From a virus, in the IMG/VR virus record IMGVR_UViG_3300003690_003063, positions 48,059-112,058 of that record: a DNA stretch of 64,000 nt; one strand, written 5' to 3'. The notes below the pieces were generated by a model that ran no database searches, was not told the DNA's origin, and was given only the letters and a program-made list of their open reading frames with translations. Positions 9,438 through 18,247 of the stretch are shown one piece after another. Position numbers and translations under genes: made by a program. Numbering within the stretch: position 1 is the stretch's first letter; each line of letters begins with the position of its first letter.

Positions 9438-11522
9438 GTGCAAATATCTAAGCACGAGTTACACTCTATTATAAAAGAGGAACTTTCCGAGCATTTTAAG
9501 TTAACGGATCCATATCATACCCATTGGGGTGGGGGCGAAGAAGAGGAAGAGGAACCAGAAACTACCCTTGATGCTCCCGAAGGCCTCCCCGGCCCGCGCA
9601 AGAGTCGAGCTTCTCGAGGCGATCAAGATTATCCGGCGTCTGAAATGGCGACCATTACGGCGACTCTTTTTGAGGTAGCAGATGAGCTTGGAGTGCCTAC
9701 GACGCCAGATGAACGTGAGGCCATTGTTGCTGAACTAGAAGAACTCCTGCGGGGTCAAGGATACGAACTGCATGAACAAAACCTAATTTTATCAGAACCA
9801 TTGTTTCTAGAAATTGATGAGTCGTCCCCCCGCCTTTTTAGGCTTTTAGATGATATTGAGAATGAAGATCCCGCCGCTCTTGATAGAATCATAGATGCTT
9901 TTGCCCGCGGCGGCATTGATATAGGGACAGGAACTCCCCCCGGCACTGATGATTTGGGCCGCGGCGATATTGTTCTTGTTCCGGAACCCGAGGAAGGTGA
10001 GCGTCACCCCGCGCCCATTTTACCAGGACGGTATGAGGTACGACATTTAGGACGCCGAAGGGGCGTTCCCTCTGCCTTTTTGGGCGCCATTGACGAGGAC
10101 AACGAGATCGATCATGATCGTCATGATTTATATGTTCCCCTTAGAGACATCATACCATATGGTGCCGTATATGCCTACTCGCCTTATGATTCCAAGGACC
10201 TCGATCGAGACTTGGATGATCCTGATTTAACGGATACAGAGATCGATGTGCCCCCCGTCGAGGCGCCCGAGGAGGAAGAGTTGTGGGATCCTGATGACCC
10301 TACGATTGCTGGAGGTGTTCACGATGATGATGTATTGGTGCCCCCGGACGAGGAAGAAGAGCCCGAGGAGGAGGAAGCCCCCCTTAAGGTAGGAGATGTC
10401 GTACGTGTTAAAGAAAACGATCGCGATATAAAGCCCGGGGACTATGAGGTAGCAGAGGTACGAGATTACACGACGGGCGCTTCCGTCGTGGTACTTGCCG
10501 CGGTAGCAGGCAAAGGCGGCGAGGACCGACACCAGGAATATCTTGAAACTATTCTTGATAATCCTGATGTTTTCAAAATAAACCCCTTTTTTCCTAAAAT
10601 TCAAAATCCGTGGAGGTTTAAGTGGTTTTGGGAAGAAGACGAAGTCGACGACGATTCCACGGACGCTTTAAAGAAAGCGGCCAAAGGGATTAGAGATTTA
10701 TTGCCTATCTCTCCTGGGAAGATGACCATTGGCGTACTCGGCACCCTTGGCGGTATTGCGGGCATTGTCGGACTTGTGAAATATATATCCGAAGATGAAG
10801 AGGCCGTTTCTGAGCCCGCAGCCGCAGCAAAAGGCGAACAGATAGAAGATTTAGGCAAAAAGGAGCCTAAAAGTTGGGACTTTCTTTTAAGTTCGTTAAA
10901 ATTTATTCTATCTCTGGCGCTCGACGAAGGACAGATGGATGCCATCAATAAGGTTGAAATCCTCCTTAAAGCGATCACGGGCGCAGTCTCTGTTCAAGAC
11001 CTTGACGCCGAAGCCTTGGGCGGCTTATTAGATGATGTCCCGGGGATAGAGTTTCTTGATAAACTACCGGGAGGCAGAGAAAAGCTAATTGAAATACTAA
11101 TTGAGCAATGGCAAGAAATGCCGCTTGAAAAGAAGGTCAATCTTATACTTGCTCTAATCCCACAAGAAGACCTCAACCAGCTGGACGCCACGTTAAGTGC
11201 CGCACCACATCTCTCAGAGATGCCAGGAATGGATTGGCCTTTAGTAGGACCCGAAATCCAGGAGCTGATTAAAGAAAAAGCAGGCCTTGATGTGGGGGAA
11301 GATCCTCATATGGTGACTCTCTTATTAGCAGCCGGTCAGGCGTTTGGTCTCGCAGATGAAGAACATACGACGGATGCTATGGATGTTACACAGCATTTTT
11401 ATGATTCTCTTGAAAAGGCAAAGAGTGCCGGTAAGTTAGAACGTGGGATGATGATCATGGATGCTCTCTTTGAGCATCAGCAACAAATGAATAGAATGAA
11501 AGTATTAGCAGGCATAAAATGA
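9438..11522 (+). CDS. Large, very acidic putative head-internal/ejected protein with one hydrophobic segment
   Basis: N-terminal ELHSIIKEE, C-terminal RMKVLAGIK, internal IGVLGTLGGIAGIVGLV. Confidence 0.6.
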   Translation: MQISKHELHSIIKEELSEHFKLTDPYHTHWGGGEEEEEEPETTLDAPEGLPGPRKSRASRGDQDYPASEMATITATLFEVADELGVPTTPDEREAIVAELEELLRGQGYELHEQNLILSEPLFLEIDESSPRLFRLLDDIENEDPAALDRIIDAFARGGIDIGTGTPPGTDDLGRGDIVLVPEPEEGERHPAPILPGRYEVRHLGRRRGVPSAFLGAIDEDNEIDHDRHDLYVPLRDIIPYGAVYAYSPYDSKDLDRDLDDPDLTDTEIDVPPVEAPEEEELWDPDDPTIAGGVHDDDVLVPPDEEEEPEEEEAPLKVGDVVRVKENDRDIKPGDYEVAEVRDYTTGASVVVLAAVAGKGGEDRHQEYLETILDNPDVFKINPFFPKIQNPWRFKWFWEEDEVDDDSTDALKKAAKGIRDLLPISPGKMTIGVLGTLGGIAGIVGLVKYISEDEEAVSEPAAAAKGEQIEDLGKKEPKSWDFLLSSLKFILSLALDEGQMDAINKVEILLKAITGAVSVQDLDAEALGGLLDDVPGIEFLDKLPGGREKLIEILIEQWQEMPLEKKVNLILALIPQEDLNQLDATLSAAPHLSEMPGMDWPLVGPEIQELIKEKAGLDVGEDPHMVTLLLAAGQAFGLADEEHTTDAMDVTQHFYDSLEKAKSAGKLERGMMIMDALFEHQQQMNRMKVLAGIK

Positions 11523-11965
11523 AAAAGTCAGAATTGAAAAAGATTCTTAAACCTCTCATAACTGAATGTATAAAAGAATCGCTCCTTGAGGACGGCCTTA
11601 TTGTGGGCATCGTAAGCGAGGTTGTAAAAAGTATGGGAGTCTCCGCACCAGTTACTAAAAGAGTACCGCCTCAAGCAGACCCCCTAAAAGAACGAATGAA
11701 GCGAAATGCCTTTAGTAAAGAACAGACAGTGAAACTCCGAGAGCATAAAAAGAAATTAATGACAGCTATCGGAGGGGGTGCTTATAACGGAGTGGATCTG
11801 TTTGAAGGGACAACCCCAGCCCAGGCCCAGAAGTCTGGCACCCATCAGGCAACCCCCCTATCAGGACAAGAGTCGACAGATGCTGGTGTTGATATTAGTA
11901 ATTTATTTGGTGCGGTAGGCCCCGCGTGGGGCGCTCATATGAATGATGTTAGAGAAGGAAAGTAG
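11519..11965 (+). CDS. Hypothetical head-module protein
   Basis: MKKSELKKILKPLITECIKESLLE N-terminus; GVDLFEGT motif. Confidence 0.7.
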   Translation: MKKSELKKILKPLITECIKESLLEDGLIVGIVSEVVKSMGVSAPVTKRVPPQADPLKERMKRNAFSKEQTVKLREHKKKLMTAIGGGAYNGVDLFEGTTPAQAQKSGTHQATPLSGQESTDAGVDISNLFGAVGPAWGAHMNDVREGK

Positions 11966-11972
11966 GTATATT

Positions 11973-12194
11973 GTGGCACTAAATGTGAAAGTTGAATTGA
12001 GAAGAGGCGAATCCTCCGAGAGACTGATACGTAGGTTTATTAAGAAGTGTAAAAAAGAAAAAATCATAGAAAAATACAGGGAGCGTACAGGCTATTATGT
12101 TAAGCCTTCGGTAAGAAGGAAATTAAAACGCCAGAAAGCAGCGCGCGCCAGGAAGCAGAACACAGTAAAAATTAACAAGAAATTGTTTAGATGA
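11973..12194 (+). CDS. rpsU: Ribosomal protein bS21 homolog
   Basis: V.lr.GES.ERLIRRF.KK...I...R...YY.KPS.RRK pattern, highly basic; start probably GTG 11973. Confidence 0.8.
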   Translation: MALNVKVELRRGESSERLIRRFIKKCKKEKIIEKYRERTGYYVKPSVRRKLKRQKAARARKQNTVKINKKLFR

Positions 12195-12212
12195 AAATCC
12201 CCTGGTTGCGTG

Positions 12213-12220
12213 CTATTTAG
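12213..12220 (+). promoter_or_regulatory. Putative late promoter CTATTTAG
   Basis: Recurrent intergenic octamer before virion genes. Confidence 0.55.
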
Positions 12221-12311
12221 TACGATATTCTTTATCTAGTACTGGGGTGTTTACAAATGAGCCAACAATTAGGTTATATCTACACTAGTTTAATTAGGAG
12301 AGATTCCTAAA

Positions 12312-13469
12312 ATGGCTGATCCCACAAATAAATGGTCACAACCGGCCGCCCCTCCGGCTCCAATGTTTTTTGGAGCCAAGGAGCGCGAACTTGTAAAGCA
12401 AGTTAATGATGAATTGGCTGAACGCGTTATAGGGCAGGCGATCGCCTACTATCCTATAAGCGTTGAGGAATCAAATTTTAATGATATTTACGGTGAAGCG
12501 CTGGAAAAGGTGTCCCTACCGCCGATCCGTGTATATGCCTATGTGGTGGTCGAAAACGAGCAAGCTAATGAAAAATATGGCTACGATTACACTACTAAAT
12601 TAACTGTTAATTTTCATCGCAAGCGATTAACGGGAGATCAAGATCTATTTGTTCGAGTTGGAGATTTTGTACAATATGGCGATTTCTTTTATGAGATAGT
12701 TCGTACCTATAATGATACACGTTACTATTTCGGCCAGGTAGAACATAAATTTCAAATTAGCGCCGAGTGCGTCCGCGCGCGAGAGGGCGTTTTTCGCGTG
12801 GAACCATCTCTTACGCGTCCCGTTCCCACGTCTGCGTCAGCTACTCAATCTACGACCCCCGCACCCCGTGCCGCCCCTTATCCGCCCCTCCAGGCTTCAT
12901 ATGTTACTATCCTGGCCGACACAAAATTGCCAAACGAGCGCGTTCTGACGGCGGGTCTCGGTATTTCTATTACTGATGGAGGCCCAAATGGGTCTGTTAC
13001 TGTTGCTACTAGTGTCACATCTTCAACTAGTGATATTAACTATCCTATTGTATTCACCGAAGGTTTTCAAACCGATGGGACACTAGGATTAGGCGGGAAC
13101 ACAGCGCTAGTTTATAATCCAAATGATGCGATATTGTCCAGTTCTGCCGGCGCGCAATTTGTGGGGGCCACTATTCTTGGAAACACCTTAAGTGTTAGTG
13201 GTAACGTGAGTATTGGTACCTCAGCGCCTACGGCCCCGTTGACTGTTCAGGGCAACGTTGATATTACGGGAAGTATTTTACCCGGCGCGGACGATACATA
13301 TGATCTTGGGGCGGCCGCTTACCGGTGGGACAATCTTTATGTAACTGACTTACATTTGGCAAATGAGCGCGGAGATTGGACCATGATTGAGGAACATAAT
13401 TATTTAACTATCAGGAACAATAAGAGCGGAAAGCGGTTTAAGCTCCTGATGGAGGAAATTGAAGACTAA
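12312..13469 (+). CDS. Neck/head-closure protein (T4 gp14-like) fused to a fibre-like C-terminal region
   Basis: N-terminal IYGEA...VGDFVQYGDFFYEI; Pro-rich linker; S/G/T-rich fibre repeats; YDLG...RWDNLY. Confidence 0.65.
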   Translation: MADPTNKWSQPAAPPAPMFFGAKERELVKQVNDELAERVIGQAIAYYPISVEESNFNDIYGEALEKVSLPPIRVYAYVVVENEQANEKYGYDYTTKLTVNFHRKRLTGDQDLFVRVGDFVQYGDFFYEIVRTYNDTRYYFGQVEHKFQISAECVRAREGVFRVEPSLTRPVPTSASATQSTTPAPRAAPYPPLQASYVTILADTKLPNERVLTAGLGISITDGGPNGSVTVATSVTSSTSDINYPIVFTEGFQTDGTLGLGGNTALVYNPNDAILSSSAGAQFVGATILGNTLSVSGNVSIGTSAPTAPLTVQGNVDITGSILPGADDTYDLGAAAYRWDNLYVTDLHLANERGDWTMIEEHNYLTIRNNKSGKRFKLLMEEIED

Positions 13470-14437
13470 TGCCTATTATTATTAGTGGTTCTGATGGTCT
13501 CACAATTATTAGTGGCTCCAATATTGTAGTAAGTGGTTCCGGTGGCGTAACAACTCTTAGTGGCTCGGGGGTGATCACCAGTGGTTCAGGCGGTACCATA
13601 CTAACTGTAACTGGTTCGAATCTTGATCCGACTTCGGGTAGTGTCGGTATTAATACTAGTGCATCGGTCACAACAACGTTGGATATAATCACGCCGCACA
13701 CGGGGGGAATTAGAATACTCACGGGGAGTTCCGCTGGTGTGGCAGGCATGGGCCTTATCATTGGCGCCGCCGCGGCAAGGGCCGTTGACCCGGGCTATCA
13801 TGGAATAAAGACAACTGCTCATGGCGCAAATGATTTTATGCTCCTCTCGAACGGTTCTGATACGCTTCTTTCCGCCAAAGATGCCAGCTCGGTCTACATC
13901 GTTGGAGGCGGCTACAATACCAACAACATGATCACGGTGTATGATCCTGATGTTACGTCGCGGATAGATTTCACCCTAGCGGCGGGCACCGGTACGGCGG
14001 CGTTTAACGGCCATGTCAGCGGAAATGCGACGCTTCAAGCAGTGGGTGCCACCACACTTGGAAGCACCCTGGCAGTTTCCGGCTCTACAACATTAGCTGG
14101 AGCGCTTTCCTCCTCGGCCGCCGCTGTCTTCGTTCAGTCAATATCCTCTTCAGGTGATTTGGCCGTAACGGGTAATGTGCATGGAACCATATTCTATGGG
14201 TCCGCCGCGGGCCTAACGGGCATCAGCTCTGATGCGGTCGATGTTACAAGTTCTACGGCCAATATTAATTATCCTATCGTTTTCACAGAAGGGTTTCAAG
14301 CTGATGGCACTTTGGGGTTAGGCGGCAACAGTAGTTTAACGTACAATCCTTCAGCTCCCACTCCTATGCTTTCTAGTTCTGTGGGACTCCAGTTTGTGGG
14401 CGCCGCTATCCTGGGAAACACTCTAAAAGTTTCTGGA
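13014..14437 (+). repeat. About 190-nt module duplicated between two fibre genes (13014-13202 and 14243-14437)
   Basis: VTSST.(D/N)INYPIVFTEGFQ.DGTLGLGGN...LSSS.G.QFVGA.ILGNTL.VSG in both proteins. Confidence 0.9.
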
Positions 14438-14755
14438 AGCACGACTTTTGCGGCCGGTATTACCCATAACAGAACCGCCATTACAGCAACGACCTATACG
14501 ATTCTTGTAACAGACTATTATATAGGAGTGGATACTAGTTCTAACGCTGTCACTTTAACATTGCCAGTCGCTGCCACAGCCGGCGATGGTAAAACCTATA
14601 TTATTAAAGATGAAGGTGCAAATGCAAGTTCTAACAATATAACAGTTCAGGGGGATGGTTCAGAAACAATCGATGGGGACGCTTCACAGGTAATGACCTC
14701 CCCTTACGGATCTATCGGGGTCTATAGTGATGGCTCGAATTGGTTTGTATATTAG
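13469..14755 (+). CDS. Fibre/decoration structural protein
   Basis: S/G/T-rich repeats; C-terminal TLTLP...GKTYIIKDEG...TIDG...YSDGSNWF domain. Confidence 0.7.
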   Translation: MPIIISGSDGLTIISGSNIVVSGSGGVTTLSGSGVITSGSGGTILTVTGSNLDPTSGSVGINTSASVTTTLDIITPHTGGIRILTGSSAGVAGMGLIIGAAAARAVDPGYHGIKTTAHGANDFMLLSNGSDTLLSAKDASSVYIVGGGYNTNNMITVYDPDVTSRIDFTLAAGTGTAAFNGHVSGNATLQAVGATTLGSTLAVSGSTTLAGALSSSAAAVFVQSISSSGDLAVTGNVHGTIFYGSAAGLTGISSDAVDVTSSTANINYPIVFTEGFQADGTLGLGGNSSLTYNPSAPTPMLSSSVGLQFVGAAILGNTLKVSGSTTFAAGITHNRTAITATTYTILVTDYYIGVDTSSNAVTLTLPVAATAGDGKTYIIKDEGANASSNNITVQGDGSETIDGDASQVMTSPYGSIGVYSDGSNWFVY

Positions 14756-14914
14756 TTAAATTAAATACGTCTTTTTTTACTTATACGTCCTATATGTAAT
14801 AGAGACGGAAGTGGGTATTAATATATATTTTGCTCCTTCAGATTGTGTATAATCATTTAATTTGTGTTTATTGAGTTTTTCACCCGTTTTGCCATAATAT
14901 AGGAGGATTTTAAA

Positions 14915-16165
14915 ATGGCATATAATATTTTTTCGGGATTGGTCCAGGTCAGTGGAGCGGTGTCGTCTTCAGCGGGAGACACAGCATGGGTCTTGGCTTC
15001 ATCCCTCAGTTCATCCGGTGATCTTGCGATCAGCGGTGCATTTCACGGTGATGGGCAGTATCTGGCTAACATCGCATCTATAGGTTCTACGAGTGATACT
15101 CAGGTTCTGTTTAACAGTAGTGATTCCGTTGCCGGCAGCGCCAATTTCATTTTCACCGATACGATGGTCAAACTCAATACCGGAGTTGGTCTAAATGTAG
15201 GCGGGAAGACCTGGCTCACCGGTGCTTTGGACGTTGATGGTGCAACTACCCTCAATGGTGCTGTAACTCTTGGTGACGCTCAGACTGATATTACAACGGT
15301 GACCGGTCGACTGACGGCATCCGCTGGTCTTGAGATTGGTTCAGGCGGCACTCTGGAATTTGCCGGGAGTGCGGTCATTGATGCAACCAACGGATCTTCT
15401 CAAGGCAATTATGTGTCCATGAAGGATGACTTGGCCGCGGCCTGGGGTTTTTACGAAAGTAGCAATTCTTACCTCGAATTTGTGACCACCGACGACAAGG
15501 AGAAGATTTCTGCTCAGAAACGCCTCGAAGTAACTGGAGCTTTCAATGTTTCTGGGATTGTCACTTTAGATGCTGCTGTAACTCTTGGTAATGGCACCGG
15601 CGACGATATTACCATTACTGGTCGTATTGCGGCCGATGTTGATCCAAAGACAACCAACACTTATGACCTTGGAGCGTCCGGATTGGTGTATAAAGACATC
15701 TGGGTTACCGCAGTCAGTGCAAGTTCACTGAATGCAACAGGGCCTCTTGACGTTGATGGTGATACTACCCTCAATGGTGATGTAACTCTTGGTGACGCTT
15801 CTGGCGACGATGTTAAGGTTTCGGGACACTTGGAAATAAATGCGGGTCAGTCGTGGACTGTTAGCTCGTCTGGACCGGACTATACCTTAACTGAGGCTAT
15901 GTGTGTCCTGCTAGATGTGTCTAGTAGTAACTCTACCATTACGCTGCCTGCAGCGGAACCCGCTAGCGGGTCTGTGTGGGTTCTCAAGAATGCTAATTCG
16001 GATGATGACAAATGGATGTTGATTACAGGTAGTAACGGAACATGGTCAGACACCTCTACGATCGAGGAGGGGTATACGTATTCCTTGTCTTCGTCGTACT
16101 CCGCGGTTACTTTAGTGTATGGTGGTGAGAATGGTACGGGCGGCGGCCAGTGGTACGTCTTCTAA
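14915..16165 (+). CDS. Fibre/decoration structural protein
   Basis: AGGAGG RBS; internal repeat DVDG.TTLNG.VTLGDA (15230-15280, 15749-15799); TITLP C-terminal domain. Confidence 0.7.
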   Translation: MAYNIFSGLVQVSGAVSSSAGDTAWVLASSLSSSGDLAISGAFHGDGQYLANIASIGSTSDTQVLFNSSDSVAGSANFIFTDTMVKLNTGVGLNVGGKTWLTGALDVDGATTLNGAVTLGDAQTDITTVTGRLTASAGLEIGSGGTLEFAGSAVIDATNGSSQGNYVSMKDDLAAAWGFYESSNSYLEFVTTDDKEKISAQKRLEVTGAFNVSGIVTLDAAVTLGNGTGDDITITGRIAADVDPKTTNTYDLGASGLVYKDIWVTAVSASSLNATGPLDVDGDTTLNGDVTLGDASGDDVKVSGHLEINAGQSWTVSSSGPDYTLTEAMCVLLDVSSSNSTITLPAAEPASGSVWVLKNANSDDDKWMLITGSNGTWSDTSTIEEGYTYSLSSSYSAVTLVYGGENGTGGGQWYVF

Positions 16166-16207
16166 GATAATTCTAACTTCTCTTCGGAGATAGTTATACA
16201 AATATTT

Positions 16208-16242
16208 AAGGGTGGGTATTCTTCGGGGTACCCACCCTTTTT
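16208..16242 (+). terminator. Intrinsic terminator with cUUCGg tetraloop
   Basis: aagggtgggtatt-cttcgg-ggtacccaccc-ttttt; a second UUCG hairpin at 16174-16196. Confidence 0.85.
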
Positions 16243-16254
16243 GTGTTCGAACGC

Positions 16255-16262
16255 CTATTTAG
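16255..16262 (+). promoter_or_regulatory. Putative late promoter CTATTTAG
   Basis: Just after a terminator, 6 nt before the ATG. Confidence 0.65.
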
Positions 16263-16268
16263 AATGAG

Positions 16269-16977
16269 ATGGCATATAAAGTTGCAAAAGGAATAGTTAA
16301 TCGCGGCGACATCTATTATGAAGATGATGCCCAAAAGAACACTTATATAGACTGGAATGAAGATGCTTTCGGTGTAGTTGCTGGAGGCACCACGAATTTT
16401 GTTGTTTCTGCATCAACGGTGGGCATCGGCACCGCTTCGCCTTCGAGGGCGTTACATATTTCGGGTAGCAACGCCACCGCGGGCATCATTATAGTATCAG
16501 ATTCAGCAGCTATAGAGTTATATCCCGCTACCGGACCGGCGATCAAGCTCGGCATTCCTGCTGACACGGACTCCTACCAGGTCTATGGGACCTTCTCGGG
16601 CAGACATCAGATTCAGCTCAACTCAAACCTCGATTTCCAGATTTCTGGCGCCTTGGGGGGAGTCGGCTATTACTTTGATCAGTCGGAGGGCAATGTCGGC
16701 ATCGGTAGTAGATTATACCGGAGATGGGGCTGCCACCTTTACTCTTCCAAACGTCAGCGGAATCACGGGAAGAACATATCATATTATAAGCCACAACCAG
16801 CACGAGACCGCGGCCCTTACCATTACTGGATCAGGAGGGCAATTCCAGGGCCCCAATCTAGACGACGATTCGGATTCGATTGATATAGACGGTTGGGTAC
16901 CGCAGAGTATAACAGTAGTAAGCACCGGGGGAAACTGGTTTATCCTTACTGATAACAGATCCCAGCATGAAGAATAA
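16269..16977 (+). pseudogene. Fibre-like gene split by a frameshift at about 16706
   Basis: Fibre-like sequence to GNVGIG in one frame; fibre-type C-terminal domain (FTLPNVSGITGRTYHI...STGGNWF) continues in the +1 frame. Confidence 0.65.
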
Positions 16978-17045
16978 AATTTACATAAATCAAAACCTTC
17001 TTATGGCAGAAAACATATCTATTAGTCATTTCCTTATGTTAGATA

Positions 17046-17053
17046 CTATTTAT
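17046..17053 (+). promoter_or_regulatory. Putative late promoter CTATTTAT (scaffold-MCP)
   Basis: Motif recurrence. Confidence 0.65.
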
Positions 17054-17085
17054 TGTGATTACATGTCGGAGTTGGAGTAATTTTT

Positions 17086-18225
17086 ATGTCTTCACTATTA
17101 GAAGAAGCGATTGTAGACGCAAAAGCCCTAAAGGATGCCGCTCTTAAAAATGCGGAGAATACCGTGTTAGAGAAGTATTCGGCAGAAGTCAAAGGCGCCC
17201 TTTCTACGTTGCTGGAACAGGATGAAGCTGGCTTAGGATTGGGAGGGGAAGACTTGGGCCTAGGCGCCCCGGCTGCCCCACTTGGGGGCGCTGATGAAGG
17301 CGGCGCCAGCGCCGACACATCCTTTACAGATGACCTTCCTTTCGCATTCCAGACTGAGGAGCTTGATGCGCCGCCGGACGATGAATTAATTGAAATTGAT
17401 TTTAATCAATTAAAGGCAAGAATTGCCGAGGAAGAAGCAGGAGGAGAATCTTTAGAAACTGCGGACCTTACCGATAGTTTGGGATTCGCCGATACTTTAG
17501 CCGAAGACGGTCCTATCACTGATACTGAGTTAAAGGATGATTCTCGCGAGGATGCCGCAAGTCTCGCCGGCGGAGAAGACCGAGAAGAACTTGATGAAGA
17601 TGAAGAGATCTCCCTTACCGAAGAAATGCTTTCGGATCTAATAGAAGAATTAGTAGTAGACATGGTTCCACGCCCCCAAGGATGGTCGTCCGAAGGCTCC
17701 GCTTATAATAGTATAGAGCAAGCGAACAACGATGCCATGGCCGCGGCGAGTGACGCACACCTCGAAGAAGAAGAGGAAATTGAAAAAGTATCAACCGCAC
17801 CTGATGTAGTATCAGATGCGGAATTATTCGAGAGTAAAATTTCGAAATTTACAAAATCTAATAAAGAGCTTCGTGCTCTTTTGAAGGAAGCCAAGGCTCA
17901 GCTTACAAAACTGAACTTGGATAACGCCAAACTTGTTTATCAAAACAAGGCACTAAACAGCGCCTCCTTGAATGAGCGACAAAAAGGTAAAATTGTCGAA
18001 GCTGTTCAATCTGCCAATTCTGTTGAAGAAGCACATATGATCTTTGAAACAATTCAAAGCGCAGTGGGGATTTCGAACTTTAATAGTTCGAGACCACAAA
18101 CACTTCGTGAAGCAGTTCAGAGACCTACATCGCTTTTGATTAGTTCTAATAAGAAAAACAACGAGGCAACACACGACCCAAATATGGGTCGCATGCTGCG
18201 TTTAGCAGGTTTAACAAAACAATAA
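17086..18225 (+). CDS. Prohead scaffold/core protein
   Basis: Very acidic, coiled-coil, immediately upstream of MCP; ends RMLRLAGL. Confidence 0.75.
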   Translation: MSSLLEEAIVDAKALKDAALKNAENTVLEKYSAEVKGALSTLLEQDEAGLGLGGEDLGLGAPAAPLGGADEGGASADTSFTDDLPFAFQTEELDAPPDDELIEIDFNQLKARIAEEEAGGESLETADLTDSLGFADTLAEDGPITDTELKDDSREDAASLAGGEDREELDEDEEISLTEEMLSDLIEELVVDMVPRPQGWSSEGSAYNSIEQANNDAMAAASDAHLEEEEEIEKVSTAPDVVSDAELFESKISKFTKSNKELRALLKEAKAQLTKLNLDNAKLVYQNKALNSASLNERQKGKIVEAVQSANSVEEAHMIFETIQSAVGISNFNSSRPQTLREAVQRPTSLLISSNKKNNEATHDPNMGRMLRLAGLTKQ

Positions 18226-18247
18226 CATACTAGGAGGTTATATAAAA

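Noticed and set aside
13014-14437. Duplicated fibre module as a DGR template/variable repeat
   Set aside because: Both copies are coding and internal, differences are not adenine-specific, and no reverse transcriptase is in the window
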